DNA of 64,000 bases from the human T2T-CHM13v2.0 reference genome, Homo sapiens: the NCBI RefSeq assembly GCF_009914755.1, contig NC_060927.1. One strand, 5' to 3'. Positions 11,521 through 24,860 of this stretch are shown here, piece after piece. The notes under the pieces were generated by a model. The model was not told the origin of the DNA. It did no database searches and saw only the letters and a program-made list of their open reading frames with translations. The position numbers and the translations under genes are program-made. The first letter of the stretch is position 1, and each line of letters starts with the position of its first letter.

Positions 11521-14500
11521 ACTGGTTGAGGAGTTTATAGAACTTGCAAAGCAGATCCAAGTCATGTGACAGCAGCATCCCACTACATGCTTAAGTCAAG
11601 GAAAGAAAGGTCAGGGTCATAGGGTTTATTTTACACAAGTCGGCCACTTCCCAAGAGTGGCAAAAAGAACATGGAAGGCCCTCAGTGCATCCCAAAGGTG
11701 GAGTCCCTTTTCCAAGATTTTGAGATGCTTTTGTAAATTTACATTTATAGAAGTTATTTATGTGAGTTTTTAAAATAGCTTGGGTGTGTGGCATGGCCAG
11801 TGTTTCTCCGTTCTCAGAGGCTTCCTTGGAAGCAGCTGTATCTGGGTGTATATTGCACCCTCAATTTCCCCATAGCAACATGCCAAGTACGGTTGCATTT
11901 TCCAATGTCTCTGGGCTCATGTGAGGGTTCTTTTAAGGACTAGGTTCTATGATGGCCTTTAGAGAGAAGAAAGCTTCTGTTGTCCCCAGCACTTCCCAGG
12001 GATGCGGGAAGGAAAACGCCATTAGAAGGGAAGAAAATGCATGAGCAGGTGTGTACAAATTGTATTATGGGCGGCCAGACGGGCAGAGTTCCAATCATCC
12101 TGCAAATCCCTGTGGAACCTCTGGGCCCCACCGGAGTGTCCCAGCCTCTTCTGTGTCCCCTTCTCCTCACTGTGAAAGCACTGGGCCATGGGAAGCAGTG
12201 GGCTTCCTACGTATTTTCCCTGGGAGGCCCGAGCAGCAGCCACCCTGCTCTATATAGTGCAGTCTGAGGGGCATCCAGGGAGTAGGGGCCGTGTCAGGGC
12301 TCCCTCCTCACTGGCTGCAGCAGAAGGATCCCAACCACCCAGTTTTTCAGTCAGTCCCAGGCATCATGGGCCCCCGAGGAGCATGGGCACTCAGTGCCAC
12401 TTACCAAGCATACCTACTCCAGGCAGAAGGCTCACCAGAGTCCAACTAGAGAGAGCAGGTGAGGTCTCACTCTGTAAGAGTGAAAGTAAGAGTGGTTCTC
12501 ACTCTTGCAAAGTCCTCTGATGTGTCCACCTGTAGCTAGCTGAAGGATGTGTGCTTGCATGTGGTGTGTTTTAAGAACAAAACATCTGCACGACAGCTAC
12601 GGGCAGTTCATCAACACAGGAGATCTTGAATAATAATCAAGGATTAATTAAGTTTAAAGCGTATCACATTTTGTACCAGTGTCAGAATCTGGGGGAGGAA
12701 GAACAATTAAAAAAGAATTAGGGGTTTTTATTGGTAAATCCAAATTCATTCCTAAATCAAATGATGAAAATATTTGTCGTTGTTAATACTCTAACCCATT
12801 TAATATGTGCCTGTCTCTTCAAAACACTAGGAAGCCCTCCACTCAGGTTGAGAGAAAGAATAAGAATTTAAATAGGGAATTAAAGCCTTAAATCCAAGAA
12901 ACTCTATCCTTTGAGCTCCCAAATGAGCAGCATGGGATGAACACATAATACCATCTTCTGCAAAGAACTTTCTGTTTAGATAAAGAAGGGGGCTTTGGTG
13001 CGTGGCATGGGCTTGGTGACTTCACAGTGAGCCCTCACCCAACCCCCCTATTTCCTGCCAAGAAGGATGTTTTATGTTTCTCTCTCTCTCTCTTTTTTTT
13101 TTTTTTTTTTTTAGAACTTGCTCTCTTCCTGCACCCAGGGCTTTAGGAATCAGCCCGTTGCTTCTCTGTAGCAAGCATGAGGAGCCTCTGATGATCCCAG
13201 TCTTGGGTGACTCACTGTCTCTCTGTTGTGTCTCAAGGAAGGGAGGTGCAGCAGCATCCTGGCAGTCAGTGGTGACATGCGGAGAGCCCACGGGTCCAGG
13301 CGTCCTGGTGGTATTTTGGAAGGGCCAAATCTCTGGCTTTAGCACTTTGGAAACTTGTTGATCTTCCTTGGTCTTCTACGGCTATTCATTGCTTCTGGGG
13401 AATGGTGACTTGTGAATTTTTAGCAGCCTTTTCCTATCCCCAAAACCCATTTGTATAAGATGGGTTTGCTTCTGCTGATGCAACTACGTCTCTAAAATGT
13501 CCATCTTACACTCCCTATTGCAATTGAAGATCCAATATGTAAGAGGGTGGAGGAGGAAGTGAACATTTGTGACCTTTTGATTTGATATTCTGGCCATATG
13601 TTTAAATGGGGGTATGCTTCTGATTTTAAATCCAGCCTTCCCTTGTTTGATTTCTTTTAAATGTTATCTCTCTTTCAACTGTGTTGTCTTATTTCTATTT
13701 ACTGCTTTCCCCCTCTCCTCCTTCCCAAATAACCCCTCATGCCTGTTATTTGGGATGCTCTTCCCAGGCTTTTTGTTATTTTTGTTTCTAGACCTTATTG
13801 CGGGAAGAGAATCGTGATTGTTTGGTTGCCTTCTCTTCATAGCTTACTCCATTTTTGTTTTGCTTGTGGCAGTTTCTTACTTATTGGAGTTCCTGAGCCA
13901 TTATGTTCACTGATTGAGAAAGATTCATAAAGGCTATTTTTATGTGTTTTTTTTTTCCTTCCCTCCTGCTTTGCCTGGAGCTCCCCATGGCTGAGAGTTT
14001 TCTCCTGTGGCCGTGGTGCTGGCTGTCACGTCAGGTGCCATGGGAGCCTGCTTTGACACACAGACCCGAGTCAGACCTTAAAAATCAGGGCAAACCATCT
14101 TGCCTTGTTCCTCTAGTCACCATCACTTTTGTACTCTGGATTTGTCCTGCCTACCTTTAATCTGTGTCTCCAGCATTTATTTTTTTGTTTGTGTCATCGG
14201 GTTCCTGGTTTTCTTTTAAGACATAGTCAACTGTGTGGACCTGTAGGTTTGGGGCAGCAACCAATTCCATTGTTTTCCTTTTTGTCAAATCCAAGAGAAA
14301 ATATACCATAAGGAGCTAGAAGATTCTAGTTCACAGCCTTTTGAATCTTCATGGCCTTTGAATCCTCATGGCCTCTGAAATCTGAATCAGTTTTCTCCCA
14401 GGAGGTCTCTGGGGGCTGAGCTGCTACAGGGGCAGAGGGTGGGGTGGGGTTGGGTGGGAGAATCATCCCGGCACTTCATCGTGCATGCTATTTCGGGCAG

Positions 14501-15488
14501 CATCTTTTTTTTTTATTTTATTATTATTTTTTTTCCTGATGCTTGAGTTATGAATGAGGATGACCTCTGCAATCATGATGTCTCCCATAGACTCTGTTCC
14601 TTGTTCCTTTGCCAGCTTTCTCATGCATGGTCCTAACACTTCCATGATTTAATCTGCTGCAGACCATAGTCTTCAGCCACCTCAGCAATAACTTGTTAGA
14701 ACATTAAAAGGAAGTAAATTGAGAACAACTTGTTGCCATCCCATTTTCATTAGAAATCAGACATCTTAGAGATGTCAAGAAAGCAGCTAGCAGCTAGGGG
14801 GTATGGGGACCTGTCCTGCTCACACTGCTGTGTGTCAGACCAGACCTGATCCTGGAGCTCAGGACCCTAGAGAGCCCTGATCTCTGGAACTCTTGCCACG
14901 TTGTTGCTGAGGCAGCTGAAGTCCCCATCTCCCACCATAACAATCACAAATAGACAGTAGTGGAGCCAGCATCCCCAGGCCCCTTTTTGTGTAAGCAGAA
15001 AGGGAGCTGTGAGCCTTGCCCTGTTTGCAGGTTTCAAGTGCCTCTCCCTGCCTGTACTTCTCCCCTTCCTCTGAGCAGAGCTTTGGTAGCTGTTGCCAAT
15101 GCAAAGAAATGTAAAGCAGCAAAAGAAGACAGCAGGTTCTGACCTGAGGAGGGAAACCAAATTTATCCCACAAAGGCCCATTACCCCACCCCCCTCGCCT
15201 CCCACCCCCAGACTGGATCCACTACTGGCCCAAGAATACTGATGAGAAACCTAGTCTGGATTGGGTCGGAAGCTGGAATTTGGTGCTCTGCAGACCAGTG
15301 CTCAAAATTGTGGTTATTTTTGAGGACTCGCCTTCAATCCAGAACATTTGCGTTTCACCTTCCTCGCCCAGATCCAGTTAACAAGGTAGCTCATCACTTC
15401 TTGCATCTGTTGAGTGACATGCTGGATTTTAATTTTTATTGTGGTTGTACTTGGATGCAAGGAATATGTTTTGTTCCTCCCAATTTAG

Positions 15489-15591
15489 CGCACCATCCTG
15501 GGAAGTGCATGTCTCAGACCAACTCCACCTTCACCTTCACCACCTGTCGCATCCTGCATCCTTCAGATGAGCTCACTCGGGTCACACCAAG
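15489..15591 (+). CDS. TRAK1: TRAK1 penultimate coding exon
   Basis: Acceptor aatttag|CGCAC, donor CCAAG|gtaagg; 103 nt, phase 1-2 joins both flanking exons in frame; encodes (A)HHPGKCMSQTNSTFTFTTCRILHPSDELTRVTP(S). Confidence 0.95.
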
Positions 15592-15768
15592 GTAAGGGAC
15601 CCTGGCTTTGGGGTGGGCAGGGGTGGGGTGAAGTCAGGGCACTCCCTTCCCTGCAAGGCTTAATGTTGAGGAAAGCCAAGTAGAGAGGCTCATAGAAAAA
15701 CCAACTGAAGCCAGTGTAAGCATCTCAGCATTTGCAGGCACTTGTTCTGGGTCCCATCCTTCCTTTTG

Positions 15769-15892
15769 TTGTTGTTATGTGTTTTTTTTTTTTTTTTTTT
15801 TTTTTTTTGAGGCAGAGTTTTGCTCTGTTGCCCAGGCTGGAGTGTAGTGGCGTGATCTCGGCTCACTGCAACCTCCACCTCCTGGGTTCAAG
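15769..15892 (-). mobile_element. 5'-truncated Alu (part of right arm plus tail)
   Basis: 16-bp TSD CCCATC(C/T)TTCCTTTTG at 15753 and 15893. Confidence 0.9.
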
Positions 15893-17834
15893 CCCATCTT
15901 TCCTTTTGAGTTGAGGCTATTATTTATTTGGATCTGGCTCAAATAAAGAGACCTGGACCGACCCACCTTTAGTTGCCCTTTTAGTTGGCTATTTAGTTAG
16001 AAATGGATTCCTAGGCCGCTCCTTAACCAGCTGAAGTTGACACTACCCAGGCCCTATGGCTAAAGTCTGTTGGATTTTTTGCCCCCAAGTTTGTCAGTAG
16101 AGCACAGAGTTCTTTTATTTATGGATGGAGTTACTGAGCCCTGTGGAACCCCTTGTGCCTCTGGAATAGGCCCCAGGAACCATGCAGCACAGCCAAACGG
16201 TAATGACCAAAATGAGAAGACTCCAAAATTGAGCCATGTGCCCAGCATGGTCCATTTCTCTCTGGAGCACCATCTATGGGGAGGACTTGTCTGGTGTGAG
16301 TTGGTCTGTTTGGCCTGATTTCAGGCCTTTCACTGCTGCCAGCAAAAGAGAAAATGCTCTCCCCTAACAGAGTAGAACGACCCCCTCAGCTGTTTCCTCT
16401 GTGGTGTAAGATGCTGGGTTGCTGGAAGGTAAAGCAGAAGGGGTGGGAACAGTCAGCCAGGGAGCACCTTAAACTATGAATAATTCTCCGCAGGTCATGT
16501 GAGGAGGACGACGAAGCAGCCATATGCCCCGTTGAGCTGAGAGGAGATATAGGGCAGAGAGTCTGAGCCCACGGGCGAGGCAGGGGGTGAGCACACCGCC
16601 AGCAGTGCCTGCCCTGGCAGGGCCCTGTGGAAGGAGCTGTGTGTGCACGCGTGGCCGCCACTAACCCGGGGACTTAGGCTTGGATGTGTCTCTGTGGTTG
16701 TGCCTGGCTAACTCGGCCTTGATGGTCGATGCCCCTAACCCAGCTAAACACCCCCAGTCAAGCCGAGTGCCAGCACTAATAAAGGCCTAACCCTAAGTTC
16801 TCACCAGACGGGGATCATAAATATTAGCTTTGTCTCCTCCGTCTCTCTGCCCCTGGAGAACTTGGCTTCCTCATCCTGTGGCTTTATGTTGGGAAGAGAT
16901 TGTTTTCAAAACCATGGAACCAAGCTTCTCCCTATGAGAGGCTGGTGCCCTGGGTAACTAGATGGCACTCCTGACTGTAGCCATAGGACTCAAACCAAAC
17001 ACAGGTTTTCATGTGGCTGTGTCAGGGCCGAACAAAGCCTGGGAAGTCAGTAGCAAGAGAAGGCTCTTTTTTTTTTTTTTTTTTTTTTGGCTTGAGTTTG
17101 AAAGAAAGGCTGCTTGAAATAAAATGGAAACAAATCAATTGAAACAAACAAAATGGAAACAAAATCTCCCTAGGGATGGCCACATCAACATGATTTTAAG
17201 TCTAGAGCATTTTTGCCCTTTACTGAGGGTACATCAACATTTGTAAAACTCCACAAATGCCTTCTGAAAAAATCCATGTTTAACCTTAGGAATTTGTTGT
17301 GGTTTCTAATCATGCTTTTCCGAGTCCCCCAGCCCACCAGCATCCCCACCCCTGAGCTTGTGTGAGATGGGCCTGTTCTGGGATCCCCACCCTGTGCTGA
17401 CCTCCCAGGGCTGAGGTCACCTGAATGTGGGGCCAGTTGGTTCCCCTAGCTTGTACGTTGCTTTGAACCTCGTGTTTCCCACGAGGGAGGGGGCCCCTTC
17501 TCTGGTCATCGCAAAGACCTGCTCCAGAATGGGCCCTTTTCCTTCCCATTCCCTCCTTTGGTGCCTTTCTCAGAGTACATGGACTTCCTTCTGCCAGACT
17601 GGGGAGAGAAGTCTCCATCCCCAGCTCCTAGGGACCATGCAGCTGACCTGCTCCAAGGCACACTGGCAGCCCCAGCAAAATCCTGGAGCCGGCACCAGGG
17701 CATGTCCCACGAGACTGTTAGGAGGGCTGTGCATCTTTGCCCCTTGGTTGCTCATTGAGAAGCAGTATAGGGCTTCCATGCCTGTTTGGCCTCCCCTGGA
17801 TCCCTGTAGCAGCTGTTAAAAGAGAACCTTTCCA

Positions 17835-17963
17835 AGCTTTGCACAGTGGCAGTATCATAGCCAATGAGGTTTATTACTAGTTGAAAATTTTCCCCAATAC
17901 CCCGCCGTGACGACTTGAGATAGAGGCAGCATTGGCAATTTTTGACAGTTTTTAGGGATACTG
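17835..17963 (+). pseudogene. U4 snRNA processed pseudogene
   Basis: AGCTTTGCACAGTGGCAGTATCATAGCCAATGAGGT...CCCAATACCCGCCGTGACGACTTG...GGCAATTTTTGACAG matches U4, including the Sm site; A-tail ~17999-18010; TSD AGAACCTTTCC at 17823-17833 and 18010-18020. Confidence 0.93.
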
Positions 17964-17968
17964 AATTA

Positions 17969-17997
17969 TTAGGTTGGTGCAAAAGTAATTGCAATTA
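17969..17997 (+). mobile_element. MADE1/Hsmar1 mariner TIR fragment
   Basis: TA followed by TTAGGTTGGTGCAAAAGTAATTGC, the left arm of MADE1. Confidence 0.85.
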
Positions 17998-18936
17998 TAA
18001 AAAAAAAAAAGAACCTTTCCTGCTTTTTAAGCAGACAACAATGCATTCCCCTCTGCTGCCCTTCTGGAAACTTTTCTGTCCTAATGGACTCCACGACTGG
18101 ATCCCAACTGCTGGAACCTAGCAAGTCCCTAGTGAGCACAACACGAGTGAATGAACAAATCTTTCTGCTTTCCTTCCGTAACTCAGGCCCCACACATTTC
18201 AGTGGGCCTTTCCCTGGGTAGCACCGTTGATGTAGATCTCTTCATATGTGACATGTCTCCCCGCGACCCTCTAACTCCACTGGTTAGAATGGATTTGGGC
18301 AAGGATATAAAGAGGGTTAAGGGCAGCACGGTGCAGAGGAAAGGGCTCTGCACCCAGGATTCAGGAGCTCACGGCCACAACTGACTGGATGGGCACAGCC
18401 TGGCCTCAGTCCATGCACTGTGGCCAACCTTACCCTTCCTAAGATAAGGAGTATCTCATCTCCCAGAGTCCTGGTTCACGTCTTGCTTCAGGGAGAAGTA
18501 GGTACTAAGAAGGAATGCTGGAATCTGGGTAAATTTGGTGGAGAAAGAATGCCTCTTTGCCAAAGGGCTTCCTTTCCCGTTCTCTAACAGATTTAGAGTC
18601 CCTCAACTTGGGTTGTCCACTTAACAGCCAGATGTGACACCAAGTAAACCCTTAGCTCTGAGCCTGTTTCTTCATCTGCAAAGGGGACAACTGTACCCAC
18701 CAACCAGGGATGGGCAAAGGGGATCATGTGCAGCTTCCTGTTAACTTAAACCATGCTTCCCTTGAAGGGTGAGAGGGAGGAGCAGACGTGGACAGAGCCT
18801 TTGGGGGCCTCAGCTGGTGGAACCCTCTCATCGTGTCCTGGGTCGTCCCTACCCCCCCTGCAGGAAACTGGCCACTGACCCTTTCTCTGGAGCTCATGGG
18901 CATTTCTGGTGAATAACCTGTCATTTCTTCTTTCAG

Positions 18937-19732
18937 CCTTAACTCAGCCCCAACTCCAGCTTGTGGCAGCACCAGCCACTTGAAATCCACGCCGGTGGCC
19001 ACACCATGCACTCCACGGAGACTGAGCCTGGCTGAGTCCTTCACTAACACCCGTGAGTCCACGACCACCATGAGCACATCCCTGGGGCTCGTGTGGCTGT
19101 TGAAGGAGCGGGGCATTTCTGCTGCCGTGTACGACCCCCAGAGCTGGGACAGGGCCGGCCGGGGCTCCCTCCTGCACTCCTACACGCCCAAGATGGCTGT
19201 GATCCCCTCTACTCCGCCGAACTCGCCTATGCAGACACCCACATCCTCCCCACCCTCCTTTGAGTTCAAGTGCACGAGCCCTCCCTACGACAATTTCCTG
19301 GCTTCCAAGCCAGCCAGCTCCATCCTGAGGGAAGTGAGAGAAAAGAACGTCCGCAGCAGCGAGAGCCAGACCGACGTGTCCGTCTCCAACCTCAACCTCG
19401 TGGACAAAGTCAGGAGGTTTGGGGTGGCCAAAGTGGTGAACTCAGGGCGAGCCCATGTCCCCACCTTGACTGAGGAGCAGGGACCCCTCCTCTGTGGGCC
19501 CCCGGGGCCAGCACCAGCCCTTGTTCCCAGAGGCCTGGTACCTGAGGGCCTGCCCCTCAGATGCCCCACTGTCACCAGTGCCATCGGTGGGCTGCAGCTC
19601 AATAGTGGCATCCGGCGGAATCGCAGCTTCCCCACCATGGTGGGATCTAGCATGCAGATGAAAGCTCCTGTGACTCTCACCTCGGGCATCTTGATGGGTG
19701 CTAAGCTCTCCAAACAAACTAGCTTACGGTGA
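18937..19732 (+). CDS. TRAK1: TRAK1 long-isoform terminal exon, coding part
   Basis: Acceptor ttctttcag|CCTT; in frame with ORF 18980..19732; LSLAESFTN...LLKERGISAAVY...LNLVDKVRRFG...KLSKQTSLR*. Confidence 0.95.
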
Positions 19733-21770
19733 GGACTGGAGGGGGGCCGGTTGCCCTAGAGGAGACCCACGTTCTCCTCTCTTGCTCCCACCTCCCTCTC
19801 TTCCCCCCACAGTGCACTCCCTCCCTCTGCCCTTCTCTGTCCACCCCCTCCTAAGCTAGACAAATCAACCTCGTGCCTAATGGAGGAAGTGTGGAAACTT
19901 TGTAAAATGTGTACATAGGACTTGGAGACCTTGTGTCCGCCCTGCTCTTTCTTCCGATCCCACAGGAAGTGCCCCTGCACTGTCATCACTCTCACGAGGA
20001 CGTCACCTGTGCTAACCTGGGGGAAGGTGGGGTCCTTTCTTCTTTCCTTTTGAGAAGCACTGAAACTCCCAAGTGTGTTCTTATCCCATGGATAGGAAAC
20101 CAGTGAATTCCGTGGCTGGCACACCACGAGCTGTCACGCGGCACGGGTCATAACACATCTGGGTGTCATCGGACACCTCACCTCGCCCACCCTGTAGGAG
20201 CGTAAGGAGCCTCCATCCTCAGCCACGTGCAGCTGACGTGGCTTTCCTGATCGGAGGGCTTTTCTTTTATGGGTGGCCCAGCTTCTTCAAGACCTTCACT
20301 GCTCTGCCTCAGTGGACAGTCGTTTCTTTTTTGAGGTGTGACCTTTTGTTTTCATGCCTTCCCCTTGAAGTCATCCTGTGTTTTGTAATCAGCTGTCAGG
20401 CCAAATGTCTGACCCGAAAGAGAATGTATTTACACTCATGCTGCGTTGTTCAGCAGCCCCTCTGTGTTCTGTGTGATTTGTTTTATTTTTCCTTTTTTTT
20501 ACATATATATGCAGGGAAGTAATGGTACTGGTAGTGTATGTTTTCTATGTGGTTCAAATATGAATTTCGAACACACCAAGCCGCTAATGAGATAGCAGCT
20601 TTTTTCTGGGACCCAGAGTCACAACCAAATTGATTTAAGACCGGACCCAAGACACCTTTAACAATAGGACTGAAAGGAAAAAGGATAGGGAAAAAGCTTA
20701 TTAAAGAAATGTGTCAACACCAAATGTAGAGGGGAAGAACCACAACCAGGCATAATACCAAACCGGTTCCAGGGGGAAACAAGGCTTTGGTATTCCGCTG
20801 GCTCCAGCGCTTTTTCTGAAACCCGAGGCTGGCCAGGGTGCTGTCACCATGCGGTCTTTGATTGCAGCCATTCAATGCCCACATGCTTTTCCTTCTTGTT
20901 TCAGAACAGCACATGGTCACAACAAGATATTTTCTTTCCCTCCAAAGCCTTTTGTCTCCTTGTGCCTCTTTTTATCCTTAGGAAAAGATCCAGGTGCTTG
21001 TGAAAAGAATCATGAATGCAACAAGGGAGGCTGGTCCTGTTGCTGTCGCCGATTAAGTTTTAAACTTTTATTTATTATTTATGTCTGCCGTATTTTAAAT
21101 AAACATTCTCGTTCCTTCCAGTTTCAGTCATAGTGTGTCTGTGGCATTCCAGTCCAACCATGTGACTTATTTATTCTAATTTGAGGGCTGCACTGTACAC
21201 CATGGTGTCCTGTGACACCGTGTTCCAGACATTTATGGAAGGAAAACATCCCATATAAATGAAACTGTCATGCTGTGTCCTCCCCGGCAGCAGAAGATGT
21301 GTCCTTCCATTGAGTGAGGGTAACCTTATGTCCACCAAGGATACTTTGAGAAAGCCCCTAAGGAACAAGCCTCAGTCCCACGGTTTCAGACTATTTATTC
21401 TCTGAACACAAGAGTATTGGTTAATTATGTTCTCAGCTCTCCCTGCTGTTGTATGTGTGCATTCACTGCAAGTAACTTATATCTTTTTATTTGAATGTAT
21501 TTTAAAGCAGTAGATAGAATAACAAAGGAATATGAAAACCATGGACTGAATGGACCATTTTATGTATTCAGAGAGAGAAGCCACTCATCATTGCCAGAAA
21601 TACCATGTAAAAATTGGCAGTTCAGAGGTTGCAATACTTAGTATAGTAAATAAATAAACGGTCAACATTGTGCAACCACTACCAAAAAGTGTGTTGTAAT
21701 GCATCAAAAATCAACACAATTTTATTCACTAATGAGTATCAATAAAATAAGTTCAAATGATGGAAACCAC
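19733..21770 (+). other. TRAK1: TRAK1 long-isoform 3'UTR (end approximate)
   Basis: Repeat-free sequence after the stop; AATAAA at 21098, 21649/21653 and 21741; GU/U-rich element after ~21775; Pumilio-type TGTACATA at 19910. Confidence 0.75.
21741..21746 (+). terminator. TRAK1: Distal poly(A) signal of TRAK1
   Basis: AATAAA, CA about 22 nt downstream, then a GT/T-rich tract (tgatttgtattttgtttt). Confidence 0.7.
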
Positions 21771-22067
21771 ACTGGTATTCTGATTTGTATTTTGTTTTTA
21801 TCTTTTCATCAAGGAGACGATCTCTTTATGTAAGACTTGAAAGTGTTTAGCTCTTTGCAAAATTAAATGAAAGGCATATACTTCACATACTGTTACATGC
21901 CTTCTTTCTTTCAACATGATATCATACCTTAGACAACTTTCCAGTCAGACTCTGAAGATGTCCCTCACTTTTCAGGGCTGTGTACTATTCCACTGTGTGC
22001 ATACACCTGCTGTGAATTATACATACCTTTATGAACCATCCCTTACAGATGGTCACTGGGATAATTC

Positions 22068-22374
22068 TTTTTTTTTTTTTTTTTGTGGAGACAGGATCTC
22101 ACTCCATTGCCCAGGCTGCAGTACAGTGGCACGAACATGGCTTACTGCAGCCTTGACCTCCTGGGCTCAAGTAATCCTCCTGCCTCAGCCTCCCAAGTAG
22201 CTGGGATCACAGGTGTGTGCCACCATGCACAGCTAATTTTTATTTTGTATTCTTTGTAGAGGTGGGGGTCTCACCGTGTTGCTCATGCTCTTCTTGAAGT
22301 CCTGGGCTCAAGCAATCCTCCTGCCTCAGCCTCCCAAAGCACCGAGATTACAGGTGTGAGCCACTGTGCCTGGT
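22068..22374 (-). mobile_element. AluJ
   Basis: Reverse Alu; TSD GTCACTGGG(A/T)TAATTCT. Confidence 0.92.
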
Positions 22375-22639
22375 GTCACTGGGTTAATTCTAATCTTTTG
22401 CTATCACGGTACTGTAATGAAAAAACCTTACATATATGCAATTGTCCACATATGTGAGTACATCTGTGAAATAAATTCCTGGATGGTTATTGCCAAATTG
22501 CCTTCCATAGAGTTAAGAGACAACCAAGGACAGTGGAGGTCCACCAGATGGAGAATTGTGAGAAGAACAAAAGAAAAAAATAAATATTCTGCCACCTCAA
22601 TATTTGAAAGCAGTGAGATTATGCAAATAAACACTGTGG

Positions 22640-23170
22640 TAGGATGTGGCATCATGGATTTTAAGTCAGGTGCTAACCATTTGGCAGTGGTGTGACCTTG
22701 GGCAAGCCACTTACCCTCTTTAGGTCCTCCATTTTTTTTTTTTTTAAACCTGTGACATGAAAACAGTAATGCACCTTAGAGTTAATTAGTTGAGTCAATG
22801 TATTTTGAGCACCTACCATGTGCCAGGCATTTAAGTACTGGGGACGAATAAGTGAGCCAGTTTCTGCTGTCACGGAGTGTACAATCTAGAGAGAACAACA
22901 CCAAGTGTAGAATAACAAGGGCTGTGCAGAGAATTAAAACAGGGTGGTGTGAAGGAGTGGGTGGCTGCTTTGGATTGGACAGTAAGAGAAAGCCACTCCA
23001 GGGAGGGGTACTTGAGTGAAGCATGTGAGATCTGGCACAAGAGCATTTCCGCAGAGAGAGCAGCTGGTGTAAAGGCCCGGAGGCAGAAAAGCACTTTGGT
23101 GCGTTCGAAGAACTAAGAGAAGGCCTGTGTGGTAGTGGGCTGGTAGGATCGAGGGAGCGTGGTGGTAGCA
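22640..23170. mobile_element. MIR followed by L2 3' remnant
   Basis: GTGTGACCTTGGGCAAGCCACTTA; TTGAGCACCTACCATGTGCCAGGCA. Confidence 0.65.
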
Positions 23171-23892
23171 GAAATTATGGTGCTCACCAAATGATTCATC
23201 AGATCCCCATTTCCCAGCCATTGCAGTCGAGCAGGTCACATGATTAGTGGCTGGCCAATGGGCAATAAGCAGAGAAAAACCCGTGCATGACTCTGTGCTC
23301 CTCTCTTCCTGTGTGTTAAACCCTCAGGTCACGTATTGAAGTGCTGGAGTCTCCACCATCCTGAGTCTCCAAGTATGTGGACCAGAGCTTCCTGCCAACC
23401 TATTTGACATGTAACCTGATGGAGAAATAAACTTTGTTGTTAAGCCAGTAAGATTTTTTGATAGTGCCTTAGAATCCCAGGTATAGGGCCCAGGTATCTG
23501 TGTTTTAACAAGCCCTCAAGGTGATTCTGGTGTGCACCATAGTTTGAGACCCACTGCACTAGACCAGGTGGAGTTTGGGTGGGAGTTCTGCTGTGGGACG
23601 CAAATTCCCCTTTCCAGTCTCTCCTTGTCTCAGGGGCTCTAAGAAGGTCAGATAGCCGCAGCCCATCTTAATTGAAAGGAAGAGAGAGAGAGTGGGTGGG
23701 CAGGGAAAGCTTTGAGGTAAGGTGACCCTGTATCTGGGTTTCCAGGATTTGCCAAGTGGGGAAGGCATTCCAAGCAGAGGAAGGATGGAAAGGGGATCCT
23801 AGAATGCATTCCTCTATGCCCTTCCTTACAGTAGAAGGAAGGTGAATGACAAATACAGAAGGGACAATAGAATTAGAAAAACTACCATTTCA

Positions 23893-24860
<968 letters not shown>

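Noticed and set aside
18724-19717. Several antisense ORFs over the TRAK1 last exon
   Set aside because: Expected shadows of GC-rich coding sequence; no independent splice or promoter evidence
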